DNA from: Auanema rhodensis
Taxonomy: Eukaryota > Animalia > Nematoda
Direction: 5' to 3'
Assembly (NCBI GenBank): GCA_964057225.1
Contig: OZ059899.1
Coordinates: 9,486,001 to 9,550,000 of the forward strand
Length of the DNA: 64,000 nt
Shown here: positions 12,883-27,484 of the stretch, in pieces
How the letters are laid out: the number at the start of each line of letters is the position of its first letter
Position numbering within the stretch: position 1 is the first letter of the stretch
Notes under the pieces: generated by a model
What the model was told of the DNA's origin: nothing
The model's database searches: none
Seen by the model: the letters and a program-made list of their open reading frames with translations, nothing else
Position numbers and translations under genes: made by a program

Positions 12883-13828
12883 TAAATTTTTTTCATTTCA
12901 CTTGTCATTCATAAAAATCGAATTTATTTTTTTCAATGATTTTTTTTTGCAATGTGTCATAAGAATTACACAGTTGAACAAAACGTTTTTTAAGAATTTT
13001 CTTTGTTGTCAACATATATATTTTCCTGGAATTCGAAAGCATTTGGGATGGAAATTAGAAAGAAAAGAACTAGTTTTTCCTACTTCAAAACAAACAATAA
13101 GAAATAAAATGAAAAAGATTGTTAGATATCCAATTTAAACTTATACATTTACTTCGATAAAGAGCCTATTAGATTGAAATTTTATGTCTTACAGTTCTCC
13201 AACAGAACAGACTGATCCTGATTTCCCTATGATTACATAAAACTCCCGTTTGATATAAAAAAAGGAGAGGAATAACGTTTCCAGGATGTCAAGGATATCG
13301 AATCTAGTGATATTGTAGAGAAATGTAATGTCAGCTCCATAGGTTTTCTCTTAATTTCTCTCATCACAATTGTCTTAGTTTTTTTCTCATAAGAGTGCCT
13401 GAAATCTTAGGTGAACAAGGCCGTATATAATTTCCTGTAATTCGAAAGCATTTGGGATGGAATTTAGAAAGAAAAGAACTAGTTTTTTCTACTTTAAAAC
13501 AAACAATAAGAAATAAAATGAAAAAGATTGTTAGATATCCAATTTAAACTTATACATTTACTTCGATAAAGAGCCTATTAGTTTGAAATTTTATGTCTTA
13601 CAGTTCTCCAACAGAACAGACTGATCCTGATTTCTCTATGATTACATAAAACTCCCGTTTGATATAAAAAAAGGAGAGGAATAACGTTTCCAGGATGTCA
13701 AGGATATCGAATCTAGTGATATTGTAGAAAAATGTAATGTCAGCTCCATAGGTTTTCTCCTAATTTCTCTCATCACAATTGTCTTAGTTTTTTTTCTCAT
13801 AAGAGTTTCTGAAATCTTTGTTGAACAA

Positions 13829-13901
13829 GGTCGCGTGGCGCAATGGATAACGCGTCTGCCTACGGAGCAGAAGATTATAGGTTCGAATCATGCCGTGGTC
13901 G
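13829..13901 (+). pseudogene. tRNA-Arg(ACG) probable pseudogene (C3T, G49A, C62A)
   Basis: T stem ATAGG/CATGC has two mismatches. Confidence 0.7.
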
Positions 13902-16073
13902 TAAATTTTTTTCATTTCACTTGTCATTTACAAAAATCGAATTTATCTTCTTCAACGATTATTTTTGCAATGTGTCATAAGAATTTCACAGTTGAACAAA
14001 ACGTTTTTTAAGAAGTTTTTTTGTTGTCAACATATATATTTTGCTGGAATTCAAAAGCATTTGGAATGGAAATTAGAAAGAAAAGAACTAGTTTTTCCTA
14101 CTTTAAAACAAACAATAAGAAATAATATGAAAAAGATTGTTAGATATCCAATTTAAACTTATACATTTACTTCGATAAAGAGCCTATTAAATTGAAATTT
14201 TATGTCTTACAGTTCTCCAACAGAACAGACTGATCCTGATTTTTCTACGATTACATAAAACTCTCGTTTGATATAAAAAAAGGAGAGGAACAACGTTTCC
14301 AGGATGTCAAGGATATCGAATCTAGTGATATTGTAGAAAAATGTAATGTCAGCTCCATAGGTTTTCCCCTAATTTCTCTCATCACAATTGTCTTAGTTTT
14401 TTTCTCATAAGAGTTTCTGAAATCTTAGGTGAACAAGGCCGTATAAAATTTCCTGTAATTCGAAAGCATTTGGGATGGAATTTAGAAAGAAAAGAACTAG
14501 TTTTTCCTACTTTAAAACAAACAATAAGAAATAAAATGAAAAAGATTGTTAGATATCCAATTTAAACTTATACATTTACTTCGATAAAGAGCCTATTAAA
14601 TTGAAATTTCATGTCTTACAGTTCTCCAACAGAACAGACTGATCCTGATTTTTCTACGATTACATAAAACTCTCGTTTGATATAAAAAAAGGAGAGGAAC
14701 AACGTTTCCAGGATGTCAAGGATATCGAATCTAGTGATATTGTAGAAAAATGTAATGTCAGCTCCATAGGTTTTCCCCTAATTTCTCTCATCACAATTGT
14801 CTTAGTTTTTTTCTCATAAGAGTTTCTGAAATCTTAGGTGAACAAGGCCGTATAAAATTTCCTGTAATTCGAAAGCATTTGGGATGGAATTTAGAAAGAA
14901 AAGAACTAGTTTTTCCTACTTTAAAACAAACAATAAGAAATAAAATGAAAAAGATTGTTAGATATCCAATTTAAACTTATACATTTACTTCGATGAAGAG
15001 CCTGTTAGTTTGAAATTTTATGTCTTACAGTTCTCCAACAGAACACACTGATCCTGATTTTTCTACGATTACATAAAACTCTCGTTTGATATAAAAAAAG
15101 GAGAGGAATAACGTTTCCAGGATGTCAAAGATATCGAATCTAGTGATATTGTAGAAAAATGTAATGTCAGCTCCATAGGTTTTCTCCTAATTTCTCTCAT
15201 CACAATTGTCTTAGTTTTTTTCTCATAAGAGTTTCTGAAATCTTAGGTGAACAAGGCCGTTTAAAATTTCCTGTAATTCGAAAGCATTTGGGATGGAATT
15301 TAGAAAGAAAAGAACTAGTTTTTCCTACTTTAAAACAAACAGTAAGAAATAAAATGAAAAAGATTGTTAGATATCCAATTTAAACTTATACATTTACTTC
15401 GATAAAGAGCCTATTAGATTGAAATTTTATGTCTTACAGTTCTCCAACAGAACAGACTGATCCTGATTTCTCTATGATTACATAAAACTCTCGTTTGATA
15501 TAAAAAAAGGAGAGGAATAACGTTTCCAGGATGTCAAGGATAGCGAATCTAGTGATATTGTAGAGAAATGTAATGTCAGCTCCATAGGTTTTCTCTTAAT
15601 TTCTCTCATCACAATTGTCTTAGTTTTTTTCTCATAAGAGTTTCTGAAATCTTAGGTGAACAAGGCCGTATAAAATTTCCTGTAATTCGAAAGCATTTGG
15701 GATGGAATTTAGAAAGAAAAGAACTAGTTTTTCCTACTTTAAAACAAACAATAAAAAATAAAATGAAAAAGATTGTTAGATATCCGATTTAAACTTATAC
15801 ATTTACTTCGATGAAGAGCCTGTTAGTTTGAAATTTTATGTCTTACAGTTCTCCAACAGAACAGACTGATCCTGATTTTTCTACGATTACATAAAACTCT
15901 CGTTTGATATGAAAAAAGGAGAGGAATATCGCTTCTAGGATATCAATGATATTGAATCTAGTGATATTGTAGAAAAATGTAATGTCAGCTCCATAAGTTT
16001 TCTTTTAATTTCTCTCATCACAATTGTCTTAGTTTTTCTTCTCATAAGAGTTTCTGAAATCTTAGTTGAACAA

Positions 16074-16146
16074 GGCCGCGTGGCGCAATGGATAACGCGT
16101 CTGCCTACGGAGCAGAAGATTGTAGGTTCGAATCCTGCCGTGGTCG
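16074..16146 (+). tRNA. tRNA-Arg(ACG), consensus
   Basis: Matches consensus. Confidence 0.95.
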
Positions 16147-16684
16147 TAAATTTTTTTCATTTCACTTGTCATTCATAAAAATCGAATTTATTTTTTTCAA
16201 TGATTTTTTTTTGCAAAGTGTCATAAGAATTACACAGTTGAACAAAACGTTTTTTAAGAATTTTCTTTGTTGTCAACATATATATTTTCCTGGAATTCGA
16301 AAGCATTTGGGATGGAAATTAGAAAGAAAAGAACTAGTTTTTCCTACTTTAAAACAAACAATAAGAAATAAAATGAAAAAGATTGTTAGATATCCAATTT
16401 AAACTTATACATTTACTTTGATAAAGAGCCTATTAGATTGAAATTTTATGTCTTACAGTTCTCCAACAGAACAGACTGATCCTGATTTCTCTATGATTAC
16501 ATAAAACTCTCGTTTGATATAAAAAAAGGAGAGGAATAACGTTTCCAGGATGTCAAGGATATCGAATCTAGTGATATTGTAGAAAAATGTAATGTCAGCT
16601 CCATAGGTTTTCTCCTAATTTCTCTCATCACAATTGTCTTAGTTTTTTTTTCTCATAAGAGTTTCTGAAATCTTAGTTGAACAA

Positions 16685-16757
16685 GGCCGCGTGGCGCAAT
16701 GGATAACGCGTCTGCCTACGGAGCAGAAGATTGTAGGTTCGAATCCTGCCGTGGTCG
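16685..16757 (+). tRNA. tRNA-Arg(ACG), consensus
   Basis: Matches consensus. Confidence 0.95.
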
Positions 16758-18113
16758 TAAATTTTTTTCATTTCACTTGTCATTCATAAAAATCGAATTT
16801 ATTTTTTTCAATGATTTTTTTTTGCAATGTGTCATAAGAATTACACAGTTGAACAAAACGTTTTTTAAGAATTTTCTTTGTTGTCAACATATATATTTTC
16901 CTGGAATTCGAAAGCATTTGGGATGGAAATTAGAAAGAAAAGAACTAGTTTTTCCTACTTTAAAACAAACAATAAGAAATAAAATGAAAAAGATTGTTAG
17001 ATATCCAATTTAAACTTATACATTTACTTCGATAAAGAGCCTATTAGATTGAAATTTTATGTCTTACAGTTCTCCAACAGAACAGACTGATTCTGATTTC
17101 TCTATGATTACATAAAACTCCCGTTTGATTAAAAAAAGGAGAGGAATAACGTTTCCAGGATGTCAAGGATATCGAATCTAGTGATATTGTAGAGAAATGT
17201 AATGTCAGCTCCATAGGTTTTCTCTTAATTTCTCTCATCACAATTGTCTTTGTTTTTTTTTCTCATAAGAGTTTCTGAAATCTTAGGTGAACAAGGCCGT
17301 ATATATTTTCCTGGAATTCGAAAGCATTTGGGATGGAAATTAGAAAGAAAAGAACTAGTTTTTCCTACTTTAAAACAAACAATAAGAAATAAAATGAAAA
17401 AAATTGTTAGATATCCAATTTAAACTTATACATTTACTTCGATAAAGAGCCTATTAGATTGAAATTTTATGTCTTACAGTTCTCCAACAGAACAGACTGA
17501 TCCTGATTTTTCTACGATTACATAAAACTCTCGTTTGATATAAAAAAAGGAGAGGAACAACGTTTCCAGGATGTCAAGGATATCGAATCTAGTGATATTG
17601 TAGAAAAATGTAATGTCAGCTCCATAGGTTTTCCCCTAATTTCTCTCATCACAATTGTCTTAGTTTTTTTCTCATAAGAGTTTCTGAAATCTTAGGTGAA
17701 CAAGGCCGTATAAAATTTCCTGTAATTCGAAAGCATTTGGGATGGAATTTAGAAAGAAAAGAACTAGTTTTTCCTACTTTAAAACAAACAATAAGAAATA
17801 AAATGAAAAAGATTGTTAGATATCCAATTTAAACTTATACATTTATTTCGATGAAGAGCCTGTTAGTTTGAAATTTTATGTCTTACAGTTCTCCAACAGA
17901 ACACACTGATCCTGATTTTTCTACGATTACATAAAACTCTCGTTTGATATAAAAAAAGGAGAGGAATAACGTTTCCAGGATGTCAAGGATATCGAATCTA
18001 GTGATATTGTAGAGAAATGTAATGTCAGCTCCATAGGTTTTCTCTTAATTTCTCTCATCACAATTGTCTTAGTTTTTTTTCTCATAAGAGTTTCTGAAAT
18101 CTTTGTTGAACAA

Positions 18114-18186
18114 GGTCGCGTGACGCAATGGATAACGCGTCTGCCTACGGAGCAGAAGATTGTAGGTTCGAATCCTGCCGTGGTCG
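18114..18186 (+). tRNA. tRNA-Arg(ACG), C3T+G10A (possibly impaired)
   Basis: GGTCGCGTGACGC. Confidence 0.7.
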
Positions 18187-19542
18187 TAAATTTTTTTCAT
18201 TTCACTTGTCATTCATAAAAATCGAATTTATTTTTTTCAATGATTTTTTTTTGCAATGTGTCATAAGAATTACACAGTTGAACAAAACGTTTTTTAAGAA
18301 TTTTCTTTGTTGTCAACATATATATTTTCCTGGAATTCGAAAGCATTTCGGATGGAAATTAGAAAGAAAAGAACTAGTTTTTCCTACTTCAAAACAAACA
18401 ATAAGAAATAAAATGAAAAAGATTGTTAGATATCCAATTTAAACTTATACATTTACTTCGATAAAGAGCCTATTAGATTGAAATTTTATGTCTTACAGTT
18501 CTCCAACAGAACAGACTGATCCTGATTTCCCTATGATTACATAAAACTCCCGTTTGATATAAAAAAAGGAGAGGAATAACGTTTCCAGGATGTCAAGGAT
18601 ATCGAATCTAGTGATATTGTAGAGAAATGTAATGTCAGCTCCATAGGTTTTCTCTTAATTTCTCTCATCACAATTGTCTTAGTTTTTTTCTCATAAGAGT
18701 TTCTGAAATCTTAGGTGAACAAGGCCGTATATAATTTCCTGTAATTCGAAAGCATTTGGGATGGAATTTAGAAAGAAAAAAACTAGTTTTTTCTACTTTA
18801 AAACAAACAATAAGAAATAAAATGAAAAAGATTGTTAGATATCCAATTTAAACTTATACATTTACTTCGATAAAGAGCCTATTAGTTTGAAATTTTATGT
18901 CTTACAGTTCTCCAACAGAACAGACTGATCCTGATTTCTCTATGATTACATAAAACTCCCGTTTGATATAAAAAAAGGAGAGGAATAACGTTTCCAGGAT
19001 GTCAAGGATATCGAATCTAGTGATATTGTAGAGAAATGTAATGTCAGCTCCATAGGTTTTCTCTTAATTTCTCTCATCACAATTGTCTTAGTTTTTTTCT
19101 CATAAGAGTTTCTGAAATCTTAGGTGAACAAGGCCGTATATATTTTTCTGGAATTCGAAAGCATTTGGGATGGAAATTAGAAAGAAAAGAACTAGTTTTT
19201 CCTACTTTAAAACAAACAATAAGAAATAAAATGAAAAAGATTGTTAGATATCCAATTTAAACTTATACATTTACTTCGATGAAGAGCCTGTTAGTTTGAA
19301 AATTTATGTCTTACAGTTCTCCAACAGAACACACTGATCCTGATTTTTCTACGATTAAATAAAACTCTCGTTTGATATAAAAAAAGGAGAGGAATAACGT
19401 TTCCAGGATGTCAAGGATATCGAATCTAGTGATATTGTAGAAAAATGTAATGTCAGCTCCATAGGTTTTCTCCTAATTTCTCTCATCACAATTGTCTTAG
19501 TTTTTTTTTCTCATAAGAGTTTCTGAAATCTTAGTTGAACAA

Positions 19543-19615
19543 GGCCGCGTGGCGCAATGGATAACGCGTCTGCCTACGGAGCAGAAGATTGTAGGTTCGA
19601 AACCTGCCGTGGTCG
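19543..19615 (+). tRNA. tRNA-Arg(ACG), T60A
   Basis: T loop TTCGAAA. Confidence 0.85.
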
Positions 19616-20970
19616 TAAATTTTTTTCATTTCACTTGTCATTCATAAAAATCGAATTTATTTTTTTCAATGATTTTTTTTTGCAATGTGTCATAAGAATT
19701 ACACAGTTGAACAAAACGTTTTTTAAGAATTTTCTTTGTTGTCAACATATATATTTTCCTGGAATTCGAAAGCATTTGGGATGGAAATTAGAAAGAAAAG
19801 AACTAGTTTTTCCTACTTTAAAACAAACAATAAGAAATAAAATGAAAAAGATTGTTAGATATCCAATTTAAACTTATACATTTACTTCGATAAAGAGCCT
19901 ATTAGATTGAAATTTTATATCTTACAGTTCTCCAACAGAACAGACTGATTCTGATTTCTCTATGATTACATAAAACTCCCGTTTGATATAAAAAAAGGAG
20001 AGGAATAACGTTTCCAGGATGTCAAGGATATCGAATCTAGTGATATTGTAGAGAAATGTAATGTCAGCTCCATAGGTTTTCTCTTAATTTCTCTCATCAC
20101 AATTGTCTTAGTTTTTTTCTCATAAGAGTTTCTGAAATCTTAGGTGAACAAGGCCGTATATATTTTCCTGGAATTCGAAAGCATTTGGGATGAAAATTAG
20201 AAAGAAAAGAACTAGTTTTTCCTACTTTAAAACAAACAATAAGAAATAAAATGAAAAAGATTGTTAGATATCCAATTTAAACTTATACATTTACTTCGAT
20301 AAAGAGCCTATTAAATTGAAATTTTATGTCTTACAGTTCTCCAACAGAACAGACTGATCCTGATTTTTCTACGATTACATAAAACTCTCGTTTGATATAA
20401 AAAAAGGAGAGGAACAACGTTTCCAGGATGTCAAGGATATCGAATCTAGTGATATTGTAGAAAAATGTAATGTCAGCTCCATAGGTTTTCCCCTAATTTC
20501 TCTTATCACAATTGTCTTAGTTTTTTTCTCATAAGAGTTTCTGAAATCTTAGGTGAACAAGGCCGTATAAAATTTCCTGTAATTCGAAAGCATTTGGGAT
20601 GGAATTTAGAAAGAAAAGAACTAGTTTTTCCTACTTTAAAACAAACAATAAGAAATAAAATGAAAAAGATTGTTAGATATCCAATTTAAACTTATACATT
20701 TATTTCGATGAAGAGCCTGTTAGTTTGAAATTTTATGTCTTACAGTTCTCCAACAGAACACACTGATCCTGATTTTTCTACGATTACATAAAACTCTCGT
20801 TTGATATAAAAAAAGGAGAGGAATAACGTTTCCAGGATGTCAAGGATATCGAATCTAGTGATATTGTAGAGAAATGTAATGTCAGCTCCATAGGTTTTCT
20901 CTTAATTTCTCTCATCACAATTGTCTTAGTTTTTTTTCTCATAAGAGTTTCTGAAATCTTTGTTGAACAA

Positions 20971-21043
20971 GGTCGCGTGGCGCAATGGATAACGCGTCTG
21001 CCTACGGAGCAGAAGATTGTAGGTTCGAATCCTGCCGTGGTCG
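20971..21043 (+). tRNA. tRNA-Arg(ACG), C3T
   Basis: GGTCGCG start. Confidence 0.9.
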
Positions 21044-21989
21044 TAAATTTTTTTCATTTCACTTGTCATTCATAAAAATCGAATTTATTTTTTTCAATGA
21101 TTTTTTTTTGCAATGTGTCATAAGAATTACACAGTTGAACAAAACGTTTTTTAAGAATTTTCTTTGTTGTCAACATATATATTTTCCTGGAATTCGAAAG
21201 CATTTGGGATGGAAATTAGAAAGAAAAGAACTAGTTTTTCCTACTTCAAAACAAACAATAAGAAATAAAATGAAAAAGATTGTTAGATATCCAATTTAAA
21301 CTTATACATTTACTTCGATAAAGAGCCTATTAGATTGAAATTTTATGTCTTACAGTTCTCCAACAGAACAGACTGATCCTGATTTCCCTATGATTACATA
21401 AAACTCCCGTTTGATATAAAAAAAGGAGAGGAATAACGTTTCCAGGATGTCAAGGATATCGAATCTAGTGATATTGTAGAGAAATGTAATGTCAGCTCCA
21501 TAGGTTTTCTCTTAATTTCTCTCATCACAATTGTCTTAGTTTTTTTCTCATAAGAGTGCCTGAAATCTTAGGTGAACAAGGCCGTATATAATTTCCTGTA
21601 ATTCGAAAGCATTTGGGATGGAATTTAGAAAGAAAAGAACTAGTTTTTTCTACTTTAAAACAAACAATAAGAAATAAAATGAAAAAGATTGTTAGATATC
21701 CAATTTAAACTTATACATTTACTTCGATAAAGAGCCTATTAGTTTGAAATTTTATGTCTTACAGTTCTCCAACAGAACAGACTGATCCTGATTTCTCTAT
21801 GATTACATAAAACTCCCGTTTGATATAAAAAAAGGAGAGGAATAACGTTTCCAGGATGTCAAGGATATCGAATCTAGTGATATTGTAGAAAAATGTAATG
21901 TCAGCTCCATAGGTTTTCTCCTAATTTCTCTCATCACAATTGTCTTAGTTTTTTTTCTCATAAGAGTTTCTGAAATCTTTGTTGAACAA

Positions 21990-22062
21990 GGTCGCGTGGC
22001 GCAATGGATAACGCGTCTGCCTACGGAGCAGAAGATTATAGGTTCGAATCATGCCGTGGTCG
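21990..22062 (+). pseudogene. tRNA-Arg(ACG) probable pseudogene (C3T, G49A, C62A)
   Basis: T stem ATAGG/CATGC. Confidence 0.7.
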
Positions 22063-24234
22063 TAAATTTTTTTCATTTCACTTGTCATTTACAAAAATCG
22101 AATTTATCTTCTTCAACGATTATTTTTGCAATGTGTCATAAGAATTTCACAGTTGAACAAAACGTTTTTTAAGAAGTTTTTTTGTTGTCAACATATATAT
22201 TTTGCTGGAATTCAAAAGCATTTGGAATGGAAATTAGAAAGAAAAGAACTAGTTTTTCCTACTTTAAAACAAACAATAAGAAATAATATGAAAAAGATTG
22301 TTAGATATCCAATTTAAACTTATACATTTACTTCGATAAAGAGCCTATTAAATTGAAATTTTATGTCTTACAGTTCTCCAACAGAACAGACTGATCCTGA
22401 TTTTTCTACGATTACATAAAACTCTCGTTTGATATAAAAAAAGGAGAGGAACAACGTTTCCAGGATGTCAAGGATATCGAATCTAGTGATATTGTAGAAA
22501 AATGTAATGTCAGCTCCATAGGTTTTCCCCTAATTTCTCTCATCACAATTGTCTTAGTTTTTTTCTCATAAGAGTTTCTGAAATCTTAGGTGAACAAGGC
22601 CGTATAAAATTTCCTGTAATTCGAAAGCATTTGGGATGGAATTTAGAAAGAAAAGAACTAGTTTTTCCTACTTTAAAACAAACAATAAGAAATAAAATGA
22701 AAAAGATTGTTAGATATCCAATTTAAACTTATACATTTACTTCGATAAAGAGCCTATTAAATTGAAATTTCATGTCTTACAGTTCTCCAACAGAACAGAC
22801 TGATCCTGATTTTTCTACGATTACATAAAACTCTCGTTTGATATAAAAAAAGGAGAGGAACAACGTTTCCAGGATGTCAAGGATATCGAATCTAGTGATA
22901 TTGTAGAAAAATGTAATGTCAGCTCCATAGGTTTTCCCCTAATTTCTCTCATCACAATTGTCTTAGTTTTTTTCTCATAAGAGTTTCTGAAATCTTAGGT
23001 GAACAAGGCCGTATAAAATTTCCTGTAATTCGAAAGCATTTGGGATGGAATTTAGAAAGAAAAGAACTAGTTTTTCCTACTTTAAAACAAACAATAAGAA
23101 ATAAAATGAAAAAGATTGTTAGATATCCAATTTAAACTTATACATTTACTTCGATGAAGAGCCTGTTAGTTTGAAATTTTATGTCTTACAGTTCTCCAAC
23201 AGAACACACTGATCCTGATTTTTCTACGATTACATAAAACTCTCGTTTGATATAAAAAAAGGAGAGGAATAACGTTTCCAGGATGTCAAAGATATCGAAT
23301 CTAGTGATATTGTAGAAAAATGTAATGTCAGCTCCATAGGTTTTCTCCTAATTTCTCTCATCACAATTGTCTTAGTTTTTTTCTCATAAGAGTTTCTGAA
23401 ATCTTAGGTGAACAAGGCCGTTTAAAATTTCCTGTAATTCGAAAGCATTTGGGATGGAATTTAGAAAGAAAAGAACTAGTTTTTCCTACTTTAAAACAAA
23501 CAGTAAGAAATAAAATGAAAAAGATTGTTAGATATCCAATTTAAACTTATACATTTACTTCGATAAAGAGCCTATTAGATTGAAATTTTATGTCTTACAG
23601 TTCTCCAACAGAACAGACTGATCCTGATTTCTCTATGATTACATAAAACTCTCGTTTGATATAAAAAAAGGAGAGGAATAACGTTTCCAGGATGTCAAGG
23701 ATAGCGAATCTAGTGATATTGTAGAGAAATGTAATGTCAGCTCCATAGGTTTTCTCTTAATTTCTCTCATCACAATTGTCTTAGTTTTTTTCTCATAAGA
23801 GTTTCTGAAATCTTAGGTGAACAAGGCCGTATAAAATTTCCTGTAATTCGAAAGCATTTGGGATGGAATTTAGAAAGAAAAGAACTAGTTTTTCCTACTT
23901 TAAAACAAACAATAAAAAATAAAATGAAAAAGATTGTTAGATATCCGATTTAAACTTATACATTTACTTCGATGAAGAGCCTGTTAGTTTGAAATTTTAT
24001 GTCTTACAGTTCTCCAACAGAACAGACTGATCCTGATTTTTCTACGATTACATAAAACTCTCGTTTGATATGAAAAAAGGAGAGGAATATCGCTTCTAGG
24101 ATATCAATGATATTGAATCTAGTGATATTGTAGAAAAATGTAATGTCAGCTCCATAAGTTTTCTTTTAATTTCTCTCATCACAATTGTCTTAGTTTTTCT
24201 TCTCATAAGAGTTTCTGAAATCTTAGTTGAACAA

Positions 24235-24307
24235 GGCCGCGTGGCGCAATGGATAACGCGTCTGCCTACGGAGCAGAAGATTGTAGGTTCGAATCCTGCC
24301 GTGGTCG
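24235..24307 (+). tRNA. tRNA-Arg(ACG), consensus
   Basis: Matches consensus. Confidence 0.95.
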
Positions 24308-24845
24308 TAAATTTTTTTCATTTCACTTGTCATTCATAAAAATCGAATTTATTTTTTTCAATGATTTTTTTTTGCAAAGTGTCATAAGAATTACACAGTT
24401 GAACAAAACGTTTTTTAAGAATTTTCTTTGTTGTCAACATATATATTTTCCTGGAATTCGAAAGCATTTGGGATGGAAATTAGAAAGAAAAGAACTAGTT
24501 TTTCCTACTTTAAAACAAACAATAAGAAATAAAATGAAAAAGATTGTTAGATATCCAATTTAAACTTATACATTTACTTTGATAAAGAGCCTATTAGATT
24601 GAAATTTTATGTCTTACAGTTCTCCAACAGAACAGACTGATCCTGATTTCTCTATGATTACATAAAACTCTCGTTTGATATAAAAAAAGGAGAGGAATAA
24701 CGTTTCCAGGATGTCAAGGATATCGAATCTAGTGATATTGTAGAAAAATGTAATGTCAGCTCCATAGGTTTTCTCCTAATTTCTCTCATCACAATTGTCT
24801 TAGTTTTTTTTTCTCATAAGAGTTTCTGAAATCTTAGTTGAACAA

Positions 24846-24918
24846 GGCCGCGTGGCGCAATGGATAACGCGTCTGCCTACGGAGCAGAAGATTGTAGGTT
24901 CCAATCCTGCCGTGGTCG
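24846..24918 (+). tRNA. tRNA-Arg(ACG), G57C (B box damaged)
   Basis: T loop TTCCAAT. Confidence 0.7.
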
Positions 24919-25370
24919 TAAATTTTTTTCATTTCACTTGTCATTCATAAAAATCGAATTTATTTTTTTCAATGATTTTTTTTTGCAATGTGTCATAAGA
25001 ATTACACAGTTGAACAAAACGTTTTTTAAGAATTTTCTTTGTTGTCAACATATATATTTTCCTGGAATTCGAAAGCATTTGGGATGGAAATTAGAAAGAA
25101 AAGAACTAGTTTTTCCTACTTTAAAACAAACAATAAGAAATAAAATGAAAAAGATTGTTAGCTGATCCTGATTTTTCTACGATTACATAAAACTCTCGTT
25201 TGATATAAAAAAAGGAGAGGAATAACGTTTCCAGGATGTCAAGGATATCGAATCTAGTGATATTGTAGAAAAATGTAATGTCAGCTCCATAGGTTTTCTC
25301 CTAATTTCTCTCATCACAATTGTCTTAGTTTTTTTTTCTCATAAGAGTTTCTGAAATTTTAGTTGAACAA

Positions 25371-25443
25371 GGCCGCGTGGCGCAATGGATAACGCGTCTG
25401 CCTACGGAGCAGAAGATTGTAGGTTCGAATCCTGTCGTGGTCG
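25371..25443 (+). tRNA. tRNA-Arg(ACG), C65T
   Basis: CCTGT gives a G49-U65 wobble. Confidence 0.85.
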
Positions 25444-26391
25444 TAAATTTTTTTCATTTCACTTGTCATTCATAAAAATCGAATTTATTTTTTTCAATGA
25501 TTTTTTTTTGCAATGTGTCATAAGAATTACACAGTTGAACAAAACGTTTTTTAAGAATTTTCTTTGTTGTCAACATATATATTTTCCTGAAATTCGAAAG
25601 CATTTGGGATGGAAATTAGAAAGAAAAGAACTAGTTTTTCCTAATTTAAAACAAACAATAAGAAATAAAATGAAAAAGATTGTTAGATATCCAATTTAAA
25701 CTTATACATTTACTTCGATAAAGAGCCTATTAGATTGAAATTTTATGTCTTACAGTTCTCCAACAGAACAGACTGATCCTGATTTTTCTACGATTACATA
25801 AAACTCTCGTTTGATATAAAAAAAGGAGAGGAACAACGTTTCCAGGATGTCAAGGATATCGAATCTAGTGATATTGTAGAAAAATGTAATGTTAGCTCCA
25901 TAGGTTTTCTCCTAATTTCTCTCATCACAATATTCTTAGTTTTTTTTCTCATAAGAGTTTCTGAAATCTTAGTTGAACAAGGCCGTATAAAATTTCCTAT
26001 AATTCGAAAGCATTTGGGATGGAATTTAGAAAGAAAAGAACTAGTTTTTCCTACTTTAAAACAAACAATAAGAAATAAAATGAAAAAGATTGTTAGATAT
26101 CCAATTTAAACTTATACATTTACTTCGATGAAGAGCCTGTTAGTTTGAAATTTTATGTCTTACAGTTCTCCAACAGAACACACTGATCCTGATTTTTCTA
26201 CGATTACATAAAACTCTCGTTTGATATGAAAAAAGGAGAGGAATAACGTTTCCAGGATGTCAAGGATATCGAATCTAGTGATATTGTAGAAAAATGTAAT
26301 GTCAGCTCCATAGGTTTTCTCCTAATTTCTCTCATCACAATTGTCTTAGTTTTTTTTTCTCATAAGAGTTTCTGAAATTTTAGTTGAACAA

Positions 26392-26464
26392 GGCCGCGTG
26401 GCGCAATGGATAACGCGTCTGCCTACGGAGCAGAAGATTGTAGGTTCGAATCCTGCCGTGGTCG
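26392..26464 (+). tRNA. tRNA-Arg(ACG), consensus
   Basis: Matches consensus. Confidence 0.95.
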
Positions 26465-27411
26465 TAAATTTTTTTCATTTCACTTGTCATTCATAAAAAT
26501 CGAATTTATTTTTTTCAATGATTTTTTTTTGCAATGTGTCATAAGAATTACACAGTTGAACAAAACGTTTTTTAAGAATTTTCTTTGTTGTCAACATATA
26601 TATTTTCCTGAAATTCGAAAGCATTTGGGATGGAAATTAGAAAGAAAAGAACTAGTTTTTCCTAATTTAAAACAAACAATAAGAAATAAAATGAAAAAGA
26701 TTGTTAGATATCCAATTTAAACTTATACATTTACTTCGATAAAGAGCCTATTAGATTGAAATTTTATGTCTTACAGTTCTCCAACAGAACAGACTGATCC
26801 TGATTTTTCTACGATTACATAAAACTCTCGTTTGATATAAAAAAAGGAGAGGAACAACGTTTCTAGGATGTCAAGGATATCGAATCTAGTGATATTGTAG
26901 AAAAATGTAATGTCAGCTCCATAGGTTTTCTCCTAATTTCTCTCATCACAATTGTCTTAGTTTTTTTCTCATATGAGTTTCTGAAATCTCAGTTAAACAA
27001 GGCCGTATATAATTTCCTGTAATTCGAAAGCATTTGGGATGGAATTTAGAAAGAAAAGAACTAGTTTTTCCTACTTTAAAACAAACAATAAGAAATAAAA
27101 TGAAAAAGATTGTTAGATATCCAATTTAAACTTATACATTTACTTCGATGAAGAGCCTGTTAGTTTGAAATTTTATGTCTTACAGTTCTCCAACAGAACA
27201 GACTGATCCTGATTTTTCTACGATTACATAAAACTCTCGTTTGATATAAAAAAAGGAGAGGAATAACGTTTCCAGGATGTCAAGGATATCGAATCTAGTG
27301 ATATTGTAGAAAAATGTAATGTCAGCTCCATAGGTTTTCTCCTAATTTCTCTCATCACAATTGTCTTAGTTTTTTTTTCTCATAAGAGTTTCTGAAATCT
27401 TAGTTGAACAA

Positions 27412-27484
27412 GGCCGCGTGGCGCAATGCATAACGCGTCTGCCTACGGAGCAGAAGATTGTAGGTTCGAATCCTGCCGTGGTCG
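27412..27484 (+). tRNA. tRNA-Arg(ACG), D-loop GG>GC variant
   Basis: AATGCATA. Confidence 0.75.

Larger units (their letters stand above)
8340..24900 (+). repeat. Higher-order tandem duplication, period 8161 bp
   Basis: Rare variants recur at +8161: ORFs 8538/16699, 9967/18128, 11396/19557, 13965/22126, 16088/24249, and GAGTGCC ~13393/~21554. Boundaries approximate. Confidence 0.9.
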
